This document shows positions 38,181 through 48,239 of a stretch of DNA of 64,000 nucleotides, one piece after another. Position numbers and translations under genes: made by a program. The DNA is from a virus. The stretch spans positions 14,477 through 78,476 of IMG/VR virus record IMGVR_UViG_3300034096_001618; one strand, 5' to 3'. A model generated the notes under the pieces. The model did not search any database. It saw only the letters and a list, made by a program, of their open reading frames with translations, and was not told the origin of the DNA. The stretch's first letter is position 1, and the number at the start of each line of letters is the position of its first letter.

Positions 38181-38258
38181 TTTACCAACTTTTATAAAAT
38201 TAACCTAGCAATTTATTCGACAAGGCTGTTTTAATTATAATAAATAATAAACATAATA

Positions 38259-38804
38259 TCAAGTATCGCTAACTATATTATGCCTCCTGTATAAACTTTT
38301 TGTTTTTAAAGCAGGAATTTTTTGATCAAGTTGAATTTGGATGAAATCAAGATATTTTCTTTTTAATTCATTATAATTTCTAGCTGTTCGATAAAGTTGT
38401 CGAAAATGATTTAATATACATGTTGTCATATAATTAAAAGCTTTGCCTTTTTTTGGATCAAAGCGATCAATTTTTTCAAAACATATCATTACGCCTTCTT
38501 GAACTGCATCATCTTGATCAATCAAATTAAATTTAGCGTATCTAACTATATTTTCAGAAAGAGTATAGAAGGCTATTGCCAATTCGTCTTGTGATTCTTG
38601 AAATTGAGAAGATATAATCTTAAATTCTTTTTCAGTAACAAGCCAAGATTCGGGTTTTTTAAATTGTCCACGCTTTAATACTCTTGCTTGTGTTTCAATA
38701 ATATCATCCATGAATAATTGGTATTTGATTTTTTCTTTTTTGGTTTGCTGGAATTGGACGATCAATGTTTCAAATGTTTTGTTATTAAGATATTCAGTTG
38801 CCAT
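38259..38804 (-). CDS. Truncated sigma factor, T4 gp55-like late sigma
   Basis: YLNNK, DD.VQEG...C...IDRFDP.KG.AFNY.T; only region 2 evident. Confidence 0.8.
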   Translation of the reverse strand: MATEYLNNKTFETLIVQFQQTKKEKIKYQLFMDDIIETQARVLKRGQFKKPESWLVTEKEFKIISSQFQESQDELAIAFYTLSENIVRYAKFNLIDQDDAVQEGVMICFEKIDRFDPKKGKAFNYMTTCILNHFRQLYRTARNYNELKRKYLDFIQIQLDQKIPALKTKSLYRRHNIVSDT

Positions 38805-38834
38805 CGATCTCCTTTTGCGTGCATATAATTAAAT

Positions 38835-39026
38835 ATGGAAATATTACAAATTTTCGGTGCATTAATTGATAAGCCAGATGTTCCTAGGTTCTATCGTGAA
38901 CTACAACATTACTATCAAAAAAACAATATGTTGCACGAAGCATCATCAGTTAGTTTTTTAATAGAGAATAAATTTGGTAAAAATAATGAAAACCCCATTG
39001 ACAATTCAACTTATAGTGAAGAATAA
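38835..39026 (+). CDS. Small hypothetical protein
   Basis: 63-aa ORF divergent from the sigma gene, overlapping the next gene. Confidence 0.55.
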   Translation: MEILQIFGALIDKPDVPRFYRELQHYYQKNNMLHEASSVSFLIENKFGKNNENPIDNSTYSEE

Positions 39027-39948
39027 CGAAGAAACAATTGATTTTTTTCTAGAATCAATTGCCCCATTGGGATGTAATATAATTGCAGCAGATCTTGGTT
39101 GCAAAGATGGAACTATTAAAAAATTAGAAAATAAGAATGCGACCATAATAAAAACATTAAATTACGAAGATATGTCTAAGGTTAGGAATAAATTAATTCT
39201 TGAAATAAATTCTGAATGGATTTTGCATCTTGAGCCATATGAAACACTGATTTCTGATTCAAAAATAATTAAAGAAGCTATAAAGGGACCACCATCTTCG
39301 TTTAATTTTGGCGTATTACAAGGTGATATGCTTACCAGACAAACACGATTGTGGCATAAGTCTCTTAATTTATCTTATGTAAATCCAATATATGAAACAA
39401 TTGAAAGAAAATCAAATTTTATGAATTTTTTCATAAATGTCAATAAATTTCAACCTCAAGTTGATGTTAAATCAATAGCAAAAAATTGGCATGATAAAAA
39501 TCCATTACTTGCAGATGCAACGTATTATGTTGCCTGTAATGAGCTTATATCTAAAAATTGGGATGCCTTTATAAATTTTGCTGATCTTTATTTACATCAA
39601 CAGAAAAAGCAAACAATGTCTTATTTTATGATTCAATATTACATGGCTATGGTTCAATGTTATATAAAGAAAAATTATCAAATTGCGCTGCAAAGAATTA
39701 GCATGTGTGTTTTAAAAAATCCAACTTTAGCTGAATTTTGGTGTTTGTTGGGTGATATTTTTTATGCAATAAAGCAATATGATAAATCATATTGCTTTTA
39801 TGAAAACGCCAAAATCATAGGATCTAGAAGATTACAAGAATGTGATTGGCCTATGGAGATTTCAAAATATCATGATTATCCAACTAAAATGATGGAATCA
39901 TGCAGAAAAATTTTAAATAATACCCAGACTTATTTAAGCAATCAATAA
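38986..39948 (+). CDS. GT2-like glycosyltransferase with C-terminal TPR (degenerate DxD)
   Basis: IVKNNEE.I...L.S, D.G..DGT, S..RN, WIL.L; AEFWCLLGD. Confidence 0.8.
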   Translation: MKTPLTIQLIVKNNEETIDFFLESIAPLGCNIIAADLGCKDGTIKKLENKNATIIKTLNYEDMSKVRNKLILEINSEWILHLEPYETLISDSKIIKEAIKGPPSSFNFGVLQGDMLTRQTRLWHKSLNLSYVNPIYETIERKSNFMNFFINVNKFQPQVDVKSIAKNWHDKNPLLADATYYVACNELISKNWDAFINFADLYLHQQKKQTMSYFMIQYYMAMVQCYIKKNYQIALQRISMCVLKNPTLAEFWCLLGDIFYAIKQYDKSYCFYENAKIIGSRRLQECDWPMEISKYHDYPTKMMESCRKILNNTQTYLSNQ

Positions 39949-40325
39949 ATAATATCAAGCTCATTAACAACAACAGTAACCATATTTTCATATCGTGCAA
40001 CTGCAATTTGTTTTCTTCCGCTTGGCAATTTCATCAGTTCTTTTTCTAAGTCTTCTGCCTTGCAATTTATTACACGCCAATGGTTTTCAGCTAATTTTTT
40101 GACTTCTTCATCAAGATTTGTAATTATGCGATTTGGAAAATATTCTTGCAATTGTTTTCTTGCATCGGTCATAATTTTTTTGTAAAGAGGAATATTGCAG
40201 GCGCAACCCGGGTTATTGAGATATTTTTGCAAGTCTTCTCGAAAACCAATAGGCAAGCTTTCATGAAACCGACTATCTCTAAGGGCTTGTTTAACATCCA
40301 TCAATCCTATAGGTCTACTCATCAT
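39942..40325 (-). CDS. Hypothetical protein
   Basis: NPGCACN motif; operon-coupled. Confidence 0.7.
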   Translation of the reverse strand: MMSRPIGLMDVKQALRDSRFHESLPIGFREDLQKYLNNPGCACNIPLYKKIMTDARKQLQEYFPNRIITNLDEEVKKLAENHWRVINCKAEDLEKELMKLPSGRKQIAVARYENMVTVVVNELDIIY

Positions 40326-40584
40326 CTTCCTCCTGAATTTCTTCTGGTTTGTTATATTTAAAGGCTTTTACAGTAAATCCACATTTAGGACACCTAAAAA
40401 CTTTAGTTCTTTTTTTATCAGGAAATTTTATTGTTTTCTTTTTAATTATATCTAATTTTGGTATATTTCTGGGTATATCGCTAAGATTCAATGGCAACAT
40501 ATCTTCAATATCATTGCCATTTGAAAATCGCTTGAAATTGCATTTATTGCAATGTAAAACATAAATTATTTTTTCATCATCCAT
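40315..40584 (-). CDS. Zinc-ribbon protein
   Basis: CNKC...CPKCG; start approximate. Confidence 0.7.
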   Translation of the reverse strand: MDDEKIIYVLHCNKCNFKRFSNGNDIEDMLPLNLSDIPRNIPKLDIIKKKTIKFPDKKRTKVFRCPKCGFTVKAFKYNKPEEIQEEDDE

Positions 40585-40912
40585 TGTCATCTTCCGTTGG
40601 CAAATTGACAATGGTGGCTGATTCAATCCAATTTAAAAACACTGCTGCTAAGTTAGATAAAAAACCTCCTGCACAACCACAAGCGAAAATTTCCCAAAAA
40701 TTTTGTGAAATCCACACCCATCCCATGAAAAAACCACACCAAGTTCCGCAACAAAGGTAGCAATCAACAATGCCTCCAAGTTTAGGGACATTGATTTTTT
40801 CCGCTAAATTTTTGACTAATGTTCTGAACCAAGCAAGTATTGAGCCATCAACAATAATATGACTCATACCAATAGTGCCGACTACAAAAAGAAACAGGCT
40901 AGCAATATTCAT
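40577..40912 (-). CDS. Membrane protein, DUF1360-like
   Basis: TM helices; C..C.G.W motif; ATG 40912 after AAGGA. Confidence 0.65.
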   Translation of the reverse strand: MNIASLFLFVVGTIGMSHIIVDGSILAWFRTLVKNLAEKINVPKLGGIVDCYLCCGTWCGFFMGWVWISQNFWEIFACGCAGGFLSNLAAVFLNWIESATIVNLPTEDDNG

Positions 40913-40922
40913 GTTAAATTCC

Positions 40923-41282
40923 TTATCGCCAAAAGGTTGCTGATAATCCATCTTTATTACAAGTCAAACAAAATTCCATAAATTCTGTATATTTACAGAG
41001 CTTATCATGTTCATCTGTTGTAAAATTATAATGTTCAACGATTCTATTATTCAATCGTTCTATAGTTACAGGTTGATTGAAATATATACTTAATTTTTCT
41101 AAATGACTTGTTTCCAAATTATTCAAAACTTCAAACAAACTTTTTTGTCCTAAAGGCCTTAGCCCGGGAACCATTTGTGACAAACGCCAAGAATCAAATT
41201 GTTGTCTAAATTCAGGCAATAATTCCTGAACTTTCTTATCAAGAAAAAAATGTTCTTCAATATTTTGGAAATTTATTTTCAT
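40923..41282 (-). CDS. Hypothetical protein
   Basis: First ORF of a minus-strand cluster. Confidence 0.7.
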   Translation of the reverse strand: MKINFQNIEEHFFLDKKVQELLPEFRQQFDSWRLSQMVPGLRPLGQKSLFEVLNNLETSHLEKLSIYFNQPVTIERLNNRIVEHYNFTTDEHDKLCKYTEFMEFCLTCNKDGLSATFWR

Positions 41283-41362
41283 TATACTATGACAAATTTA
41301 AGTTTATATTAACTCTATTGTTTTGGCTAACAAATCATAAAGAGTAATAATAGGAGAAAAAA

Positions 41363-42508
41363 ATGTCAGACGAGACTTTTCGCCCAAGAAGACCAAATCA
41401 AACAGGCGAATCTAATACAACAAATCAGGAGAATATTCCATTGAGCAATCCACTAGATTCAGTCAATCAGGTACGTCAACAGGTCAATGAAGGCAATAAT
41501 CCTAATGATATGCCGGGTGGAGGCGCATTCAACATTCAAGGTAATGTTCCACCAGCATTTGCTGCTGCTATTCAGGCAGCAAAAAGTGGTCAGCAACCAC
41601 AGAGCCAGCCACAGAGCCAGCCAAAACGGGGCCTTAACATGAGTGCTGGTGGCGAATCAACTGCCTATCAGCAGGCTCCTGCTAGTTCTTTGTCAAACGC
41701 TTCTGCCAGTGGACACCTTAAGGAACTTCTTGAAGGTCTTCGTGGATCGACCACTATTTATGAAGAGCTTCAACTTCCATCAAAGGGAAGGTTCTATAAT
41801 GGCGAAGATGGACCTATCAATGGCGTTGTTTCAATTCGACCAATGACTGGTGAAGAAGAACAAATTCTTGCCACTCCAAGATTTGTTAAGAAGGGTCAAG
41901 CGATCAACATGATTTTCCAAAAGTGCCTTAAGGAAGGCTTCCGTGCTGAAAATCTTTTGACAATTGACAGAACTTATCTTCTAATTTATCTTCGTGGTAT
42001 TTCATACGGTCCAAATTATGACGTTGAAATCAAGTGTCCAGAATGCGAAACTAAGTTCAGCACAAGCATTGATCTTAACAGTCTATATGTTGAATATACT
42101 CCTGATGAATATGGACCAATTCTTCAAGATGTTTTGCCAAACACAAAGTTGCCATTCAGTTATCGCCTATCAACAGGAAAAGATGAACAAGAAATTCAGG
42201 ACCATCGTGATCGACGAATCAAGGCATTCGGAGATAATGGCACAGATGACAGCCTTACCTATCGCACTGCACAACTTTTGAACGACATCGATGGAATCGA
42301 TAGCAAGACTGAACTTCAGATTCTCTTGAAAAATCTTCCAATCAATGATGTTTCATATATTCGCAACTGTATTAACGAACCTCCTTTCGGCGTTGACACA
42401 AATACAGAAATTGTTTGCCCAAGCTGTTTATCAGAATTCAGTCTCGATCTGCCTCTTGAAGCAAATTTTTTCTTCCCCAGACGGAAGAAGGCAAAGACGC
42501 AAGTCTAG
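41363..42508 (+). CDS. Baseplate hub / tail assembly chaperone, T4 gp26-like
   Basis: LPSKG, IRPMT..EE.IL, D..YL...LR..S.G, CPEC and CPSC, FFF end. Confidence 0.85.
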   Translation: MSDETFRPRRPNQTGESNTTNQENIPLSNPLDSVNQVRQQVNEGNNPNDMPGGGAFNIQGNVPPAFAAAIQAAKSGQQPQSQPQSQPKRGLNMSAGGESTAYQQAPASSLSNASASGHLKELLEGLRGSTTIYEELQLPSKGRFYNGEDGPINGVVSIRPMTGEEEQILATPRFVKKGQAINMIFQKCLKEGFRAENLLTIDRTYLLIYLRGISYGPNYDVEIKCPECETKFSTSIDLNSLYVEYTPDEYGPILQDVLPNTKLPFSYRLSTGKDEQEIQDHRDRRIKAFGDNGTDDSLTYRTAQLLNDIDGIDSKTELQILLKNLPINDVSYIRNCINEPPFGVDTNTEIVCPSCLSEFSLDLPLEANFFFPRRKKAKTQV

Positions 42509-42690
42509 CAATCTGGGAAGGACTAGCAGAAGAGATTTTCTTCTTCCAATATCACATGCATCTAGATATGTCGGGATCAATGAGCTTGCCTATCAATCTT
42601 AGAAAATGGATGATCGAAAGATTTATTCAGCAAAAGGAAAGCGAAAATAAAGCAATGGATGCACAACAACGCAAGGCAAGAAAAAGGTAG
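42460..42690 (+). CDS. gp51-like / gpT-like ORF in the -1 frame, probably expressed by frameshift
   Basis: Frame LPQTEEG...EEIFFFQYHMH...LPINLRKWMIERF..QKE.E; opens right after TGA 42457 at the slippery site. Confidence 0.7.
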   Translation, partial: SKFFLPQTEEGKDASLAIWEGLAEEIFFFQYHMHLDMSGSMSLPINLRKWMIERFIQQKESENKAMDAQQRKARKR

Positions 42691-42696
42691 ATATAA

Positions 42697-43437
42697 ATGA
42701 CTAAAGAAAGATATCAAAATCCAAATTGCGGTGATACCATCAATCTACGACTGTTTACTTATAACAGCAACAGTCGTAGAGATGTTAAAGAAATTACCCA
42801 AGTACAAATCTTTACTATTGATCCAACTTTAAAAAGTGAATCCAATCCTGAAGGCCTAAGACTGGTAGAAACAATTTCTGGAGCCAGTGTTGTTAAATCT
42901 AATACAGGCGAATATATCTTGTCAGTTTTTCTTGACCAAGAAATTTATGGCGTAGGATCATATTATGATGTATGGAATGTAGTTTTTGAAAATGGCGATT
43001 GCCTAAGTAATAGTATAAATAATAAATTTAACATTTATGCTGATCTTTGGTTTACTACGCCAACGCCAATAATTTATGATTTTAATTTTGCATTTAGACC
43101 CAATCGAATCAGAAAAGGCACTAAACGCTACATTCAGATTGCGGTCACACCAAATGTTCCACGAGGTGCCGATCTATTAAAGTATTACGAAAATATCGCC
43201 ATAGTCTCCGATATTAAGATATCAATGGAAATGTACTGCGGGGAATGTGTACCAGCAGAAAATGACCTAAGATTGATTATAGATCGGCACCTAGTGGACT
43301 ATCGTGAAGATAGCTATGCATATTGGTTTTTAGATACAACTCAATATGATGAAGGAATTTATAACATTTGGTTTGAAACTACTTCTGGCGAAAGCACATA
43401 TGTTTCAGAAAAATATGCTCTTCAAATCTACAACTAA
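42697..43437 (+). CDS. Putative virion structural protein (Ig-like beta sandwich)
   Basis: Two beta-rich domains with G.Y.D.W / G.Y.IW motifs; baseplate context. Confidence 0.6.
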   Translation: MTKERYQNPNCGDTINLRLFTYNSNSRRDVKEITQVQIFTIDPTLKSESNPEGLRLVETISGASVVKSNTGEYILSVFLDQEIYGVGSYYDVWNVVFENGDCLSNSINNKFNIYADLWFTTPTPIIYDFNFAFRPNRIRKGTKRYIQIAVTPNVPRGADLLKYYENIAIVSDIKISMEMYCGECVPAENDLRLIIDRHLVDYREDSYAYWFLDTTQYDEGIYNIWFETTSGESTYVSEKYALQIYN

Positions 43438-43448
43438 CTGATTTTTTC

Positions 43449-43477
43449 TTTACAAGTTTAATTTTTTCCTGTACATT
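43449..43477 (+). promoter_or_regulatory. sigma70-type promoter
   Basis: TTTACA-N17-TACATT. Confidence 0.65.
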
Positions 43478-43514
43478 TCTCCTAGATAGCATCCGATCAA
43501 AGAGAAACAATACT

Positions 43515-45134
43515 ATGTCTGTTTCGACCACAAAGCTTGATTTTTGGATCGTCAACAAAATCAATGTAATGTTTATCGGTCGCCATGGCGTTGGAAAAAC
43601 AGCCATGGTAAAAGAATCTTTTGATAGACACAAGCTCAAATGGCAATATTTTAGTGCTAGCACCATGGACCCATGGTGCGATTTCATTGGCGTTCCTCGT
43701 GAACGTACTGAAAATAAAATTTCCACAGCCTTTGAAATCGTTCGTGATATAGCCAAAGTTGAACCAACTGCTGCTATAACCTATGTGGTGGAAAATTGGA
43801 AACTTGATGTAAATCAAGCAAAATTAATGGTTGAACATGCTTTAAGACCTGAGGGACAAACATTTCTTGACATTGTTCGACCACAACTTTTTGCAAGTGG
43901 TGACATTGAAGCATTGTTTTTTGATGAATTTAATCGTAGCCCTAAAAAAGTTCGTAACGCTGTAATGGAACTGATTCAATTTGGCTCAATTAATGGTCAT
44001 AAATTTCCAAAACTTAGATTTGTTTGGGCCGCTATTAATCCAGATGATGATGAACAAGAAAAATATGATGTAGAAGTTCTAGACGCAGCGCACAAAGACC
44101 GTTTTCCTGTTCAAGAATATATTCCTTACAAACCAAATGCTGAATGGTTTAGGAAGAATTATGGTCAGCGTCTTGCTGATTCGGCTCTCATTTGGTGGGA
44201 TGAACTCACTGATGAAGTAAAGCGTAACGTAAGTCCTCGCAGACTCCAATATGCCATGGACATGTACAAATTAAAAGGTGACGTTAGAGACGTATTACCA
44301 ATCAACTGTAATGTCAACAAATTGCTAACTGCTCTAAAAACTGGCCCAATTACTGAGAAATTAGAAGAATTAATCTCTACTCGTGACGAGGCAGAAACCA
44401 GTAAGTTTCTCGAAAATGAAAATAATTTCTCTTCAGCAATTAAACATATTATTAAATCTGAAAGCTTCTTGGAATTTTTTGTTCCTCTTATGCCTAATGA
44501 AAAAATTAGCAGCCTTATGGCTACAGATGAAAAAATCTGCAACCATATCATCAATAATTTAGACAAGGTCCCAGCCTTTCATAAAATTAGTAAAGAAATT
44601 ATGAAAGCCAATCTTGATGCCTCGCTCGTAAAAAAGCTTCGTAGATCTTTGACAGAAAACGAAAATTTAGCCAAGGCCTTCGCAAAAGATGCAATTGAAT
44701 GTCCCAAAGCGCCTATCCAAATTCATTTCAACAAAAGAAAAACTAATTGGACCAATGATTTAGTTCTGATTAAATCAATGCCAATAGATAGCGTCAACCA
44801 AAGATTTGCAGTTTACGAAAAAATAAAAAATGGTATCCCTGAAAAAATAACACAAGAAGAATCTATTGAAACTTTAAAAATAATCAACAATATATTTTCA
44901 AATAACAATATTATAGGAACAACACAAGAACGAGATCGTTGGCAATTTGCTTCAATTGTAGCAGATTCAGCTTTCGATAAAATTTTCGGCATCATAAATC
45001 ATTGCCTGCATAATATGCACAAAGAAAGCAAACTCTCTATTGATGAGATTATTAAAAACAATGACAACAATTTTAATGAATTGTTTAAAACAATTAATCA
45101 ATTGGGCCTCAATTTCAAGCTATCTGTTTCATAA
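43515..45134 (+). CDS. MoxR-like AAA+ ATPase
   Basis: Walker A GRHGVGKT, Walker B FFDEFNR, AAINP, DRF. Confidence 0.9.
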   Translation: MSVSTTKLDFWIVNKINVMFIGRHGVGKTAMVKESFDRHKLKWQYFSASTMDPWCDFIGVPRERTENKISTAFEIVRDIAKVEPTAAITYVVENWKLDVNQAKLMVEHALRPEGQTFLDIVRPQLFASGDIEALFFDEFNRSPKKVRNAVMELIQFGSINGHKFPKLRFVWAAINPDDDEQEKYDVEVLDAAHKDRFPVQEYIPYKPNAEWFRKNYGQRLADSALIWWDELTDEVKRNVSPRRLQYAMDMYKLKGDVRDVLPINCNVNKLLTALKTGPITEKLEELISTRDEAETSKFLENENNFSSAIKHIIKSESFLEFFVPLMPNEKISSLMATDEKICNHIINNLDKVPAFHKISKEIMKANLDASLVKKLRRSLTENENLAKAFAKDAIECPKAPIQIHFNKRKTNWTNDLVLIKSMPIDSVNQRFAVYEKIKNGIPEKITQEESIETLKIINNIFSNNNIIGTTQERDRWQFASIVADSAFDKIFGIINHCLHNMHKESKLSIDEIIKNNDNNFNELFKTINQLGLNFKLSVS

Positions 45135-45170
45135 ATGAGAAAAATTAGTTGTCATCGTTGAGGAATAATT

Positions 45171-46508
45171 ATGAGTGTTCTGGATATTGCAGTATCAGAA
45201 AAAAATGATGTTAAAATAACCAATGAAGAGTGGTTTGAAATTAGCAGCGCACTAGAGCCTCATCATGCCGTTTTCTATAAAGTCTGGCAGATGGGCAAAC
45301 CAATATTCAATGAAGAAATTTCAACCGCTGCCGTTCAATTTGACGAAGAAGGAAAATTTATATTGTTTTATTTTAATCCTAAATTTTGGAAGTCTCTAGA
45401 TCTTTACAATCGTTTATTTGTCATTTGCCATGAAGCATTGCATATTGTTCTTAATCATGGCATTAGATCAAAAGATGATAAAATTAATCGACAAGCATGT
45501 AATACTGCTATGGATATTGTTGTAAATCACACACTTATTCGTAACTTTGGATTTGAACGAAATAAAATTACAAATGGAGAAGAATACTGCTGGGTCGATA
45601 CAGTATTTAAGGATCATGAAACATTACCACCAAGCAACAATCAATTTGAATTTTATTATAATCTTTTTGAAAAATTTTATGGTGACGGCAATATGGGCGA
45701 TGGTGAAGGAGGTGGACCAAAAACTGTTGATGATCATGAATCCATGGGAGAAAAATCTGGGAATTGGAACAAATTTATCGATCAATTAAATAATGGTCTT
45801 TCAGATGAAGAAAAAGAAAGTCTAAAATCAACAGTAGATAAACATTTTCAAAAAGAACCACCAAAAAATGATAACTCAAATCTAAATTCACCCGCTGGTT
45901 CCAATACTGGCGGTCTGTGGACTTTTGCAAGTGCTAAGAAATATAAAAAAATTCTTAAATGGGAAACTGTTATCAAAAAATGGGCGCAAAAAAGAATAAT
46001 AGAAAGTTATCGTGATGTTGAACAATGGGCAAGAACCAATAGACGCATGACGCTTCTCCCTAAAGAAATGATTCTACCAAGCGAAATGGAAGTCGATGAA
46101 CGTGATTATGTTGAAAATAAAATTGATGTTTGGTTTTTTCTTGATACAAGTGGATCATGCTGGACTCTAAAAGATAGATTTTTTGCTGCTGCTGAATCTT
46201 TGCCAGAAAAAAGATTCAATGTAAGACTATTTTGCTTTGATACGAATGTGCAAGAAACCAACTTAAAAGAAAGAAAGATATATGGAGGCGGAGGCACTTC
46301 TTTCAGCATCATTGAACAATATATTCAAAGAACTATGCAAAATGAAAATGTTAAATACCCCAACGCTGTTTGGATTTTAACAGATGGTTATGGAAATCAA
46401 GTGAAACCATTGCATCCTGAAAAATGGCATTGGTTCTTAACAGAAGGTGGAGTTAAAAATTACATTGACGAAAAATCAAATGTCTTTAGTCTTAAAGATT
46501 TTGAATAA
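45171..46508 (+). CDS. Metallopeptidase-like (HExxH) plus vWA domain protein (DUF2201-like)
   Basis: HEALH....H, N.A.D...N, MIDAS DTSGS, GGGT.F, LTDG. Confidence 0.9.
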   Translation: MSVLDIAVSEKNDVKITNEEWFEISSALEPHHAVFYKVWQMGKPIFNEEISTAAVQFDEEGKFILFYFNPKFWKSLDLYNRLFVICHEALHIVLNHGIRSKDDKINRQACNTAMDIVVNHTLIRNFGFERNKITNGEEYCWVDTVFKDHETLPPSNNQFEFYYNLFEKFYGDGNMGDGEGGGPKTVDDHESMGEKSGNWNKFIDQLNNGLSDEEKESLKSTVDKHFQKEPPKNDNSNLNSPAGSNTGGLWTFASAKKYKKILKWETVIKKWAQKRIIESYRDVEQWARTNRRMTLLPKEMILPSEMEVDERDYVENKIDVWFFLDTSGSCWTLKDRFFAAAESLPEKRFNVRLFCFDTNVQETNLKERKIYGGGGTSFSIIEQYIQRTMQNENVKYPNAVWILTDGYGNQVKPLHPEKWHWFLTEGGVKNYIDEKSNVFSLKDFE

Positions 46509-46513
46509 TTGAC

Positions 46514-47086
46514 TTAATTATTTTCGTCTAATTTCAATTGTTCTTTATCAATGAAAAATGAATCATCAAGCTTAAGAAGCTGTTCAAGCGCAACTGCTGT
46601 CCACTCACGATACTTCATTGAATAATTGAATTGATTCCCTGCTAATTCTTCTGTTAATACAAATGCCAACCAAGGCTTTCTTGTCTTTTTCCAACACATC
46701 ATAGGCTTACGACCACAACGCTCACTATCACTTGTCGCTTGCTTTAAAAAATTATCTAATTCACTATTGCCATTTATAAAAACAGAACTCATGTCAATAC
46801 CATCGTATCCGCCTTTGGATTCAATCACAAACTTGAATCCTTTCATGACTACGATATCACCAGAGAAAACCTCTCTTGCGTGAGCAGGAAGAACAGCTTG
46901 GCTCCATCTTGCCCCTGATCCAACAGTTCTGCTAAAAGGTTGACCAAATCGTTCAGTTAAAATCTTAGTTAAGTCTAGTTCTGTGCGACTGCCTTTTTTC
47001 TTGCCATTTACTTTTTTCTTTTTCTTGTTCGCAAGAAGGCTGTCGTCTTGAACAAAATCATCATATTCTTCAAAGTCATGTTTCAT
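46514..47086 (-). CDS. Holliday junction resolvase-like PD-(D/E)xK nuclease
   Basis: KG.R.E, F.R..GSGA, GDI, F.IE.K, QA..D, P....K. Confidence 0.85.
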   Translation of the reverse strand: MKHDFEEYDDFVQDDSLLANKKKKKVNGKKKGSRTELDLTKILTERFGQPFSRTVGSGARWSQAVLPAHAREVFSGDIVVMKGFKFVIESKGGYDGIDMSSVFINGNSELDNFLKQATSDSERCGRKPMMCWKKTRKPWLAFVLTEELAGNQFNYSMKYREWTAVALEQLLKLDDSFFIDKEQLKLDENN

Positions 47087-47102
47087 AATTTAATTGAGTA
47101 GA

Positions 47103-48239
47103 TCATCGATTTATAATTACACTCATATCTTCTAATTCTTTTCTTTTACATTCTAAATCTGCTAAAAGTTCTTCAAATTCATTTTTACTAATTGAATTTT
47201 CTTGAGTCAATTGCTCACAATATTGTCTGATGTTATTGACGACATCTATAATTTCATCACACTTTTTATTCAAAAGATCTAACCTAAAATTACTCATGAC
47301 TTCAATTTCCTCTACTTTTTCATACTGTTCACATTCATTCAGTTCACTAATAATGTTAAAATTTGAAGAATATGATTTAATTTTAAAATGCTTTCCATCA
47401 TATTGCCAAGGTTTCATTTCCCCTTTTTGAATTTCATATTTGTTAACTTTTCTTATATGATTTTGCTTTTCATCAGTTTGGAAACACCAAATTTGGTTTT
47501 CTGGTATTTCAATTAATTTTTGAGATTTAGGGAATCCTTTTATTAAACCAAATTCTTTAATTGATTCTTCCCAAATATTAGGCTCTGAAATAAAGAAAAT
47601 TTGTCCCAAATATTCCCGACAATCCACTATCCATAAAGGTCTATGTTGATTTCTAAAAAGCCACAACCATCTCTCGCCAATTGGACCTCGTTTTCCAACA
47701 GCGACAGCCATATGGCCTTCATTTATCAAACTAAATGCTTCTTTAATTCCAGAAAGAATATCAGAACAATATTCCGAATCAAATATATCATCTGTGTTTT
47801 GAGAATTTTCAATTATTCTCAATAGTATTTCTGAATCACAATTTGATTTTACTTCATATTTTTGTCTGAGAGATTGATACTCACAATCATCAATTCTGCC
47901 ATTGTGAATTAAACCTAAAGATTTGTCTGAACTTGTAAATGGATGATTGTTAAAATTATGAATTGGTTCGCCAACACCCTTAGAAGCGCCACGAGAATGA
48001 CAAAGTAAAATATTTAAATTATATTTTGACAGATTTTGCCAAACATCTTTTTTTACAAAATCTTTTGATCTTGTTGGTTCTTTGTGAAAAACAACATGAC
48101 CTTCAATGCCTTTTTCTACACCCCAGAAACCACTTGCATCAATTCCACGAGATTCACTTTTCTCAAATAACTTAGAGATAATTTTAAAACTTATAATCGG
48201 TTTTTTGGATTCACCAATAAACCCAGCTACACCACAAAT
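47103..48239 (-). CDS. Class II (Ntn) glutamine amidotransferase, 378 aa, ATT start
   Basis: Manual extension of the track ORF: (I/M)CGVAG, RGIDASG, CHSRGAS, NNHPF, HNG, DSE; no internal stop. Confidence 0.88.
   Translation of the reverse strand: MCGVAGFIGESKKPIISFKIISKLFEKSESRGIDASGFWGVEKGIEGHVVFHKEPTRSKDFVKKDVWQNLSKYNLNILLCHSRGASKGVGEPIHNFNNHPFTSSDKSLGLIHNGRIDDCEYQSLRQKYEVKSNCDSEILLRIIENSQNTDDIFDSEYCSDILSGIKEAFSLINEGHMAVAVGKRGPIGERWLWLFRNQHRPLWIVDCREYLGQIFFISEPNIWEESIKEFGLIKGFPKSQKLIEIPENQIWCFQTDEKQNHIRKVNKYEIQKGEMKPWQYDGKHFKIKSYSSNFNIISELNECEQYEKVEEIEVMSNFRLDLLNKKCDEIIDVVNNIRQYCEQLTQENSISKNEFEELLADLECKRKELEDMSVIINR

Noticed and set aside
42345-42602. 85-aa ORF overlapping the gp26-like end (+1 frame)
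   Set aside because: Not protein-like and stops early; the -1 frame fits better
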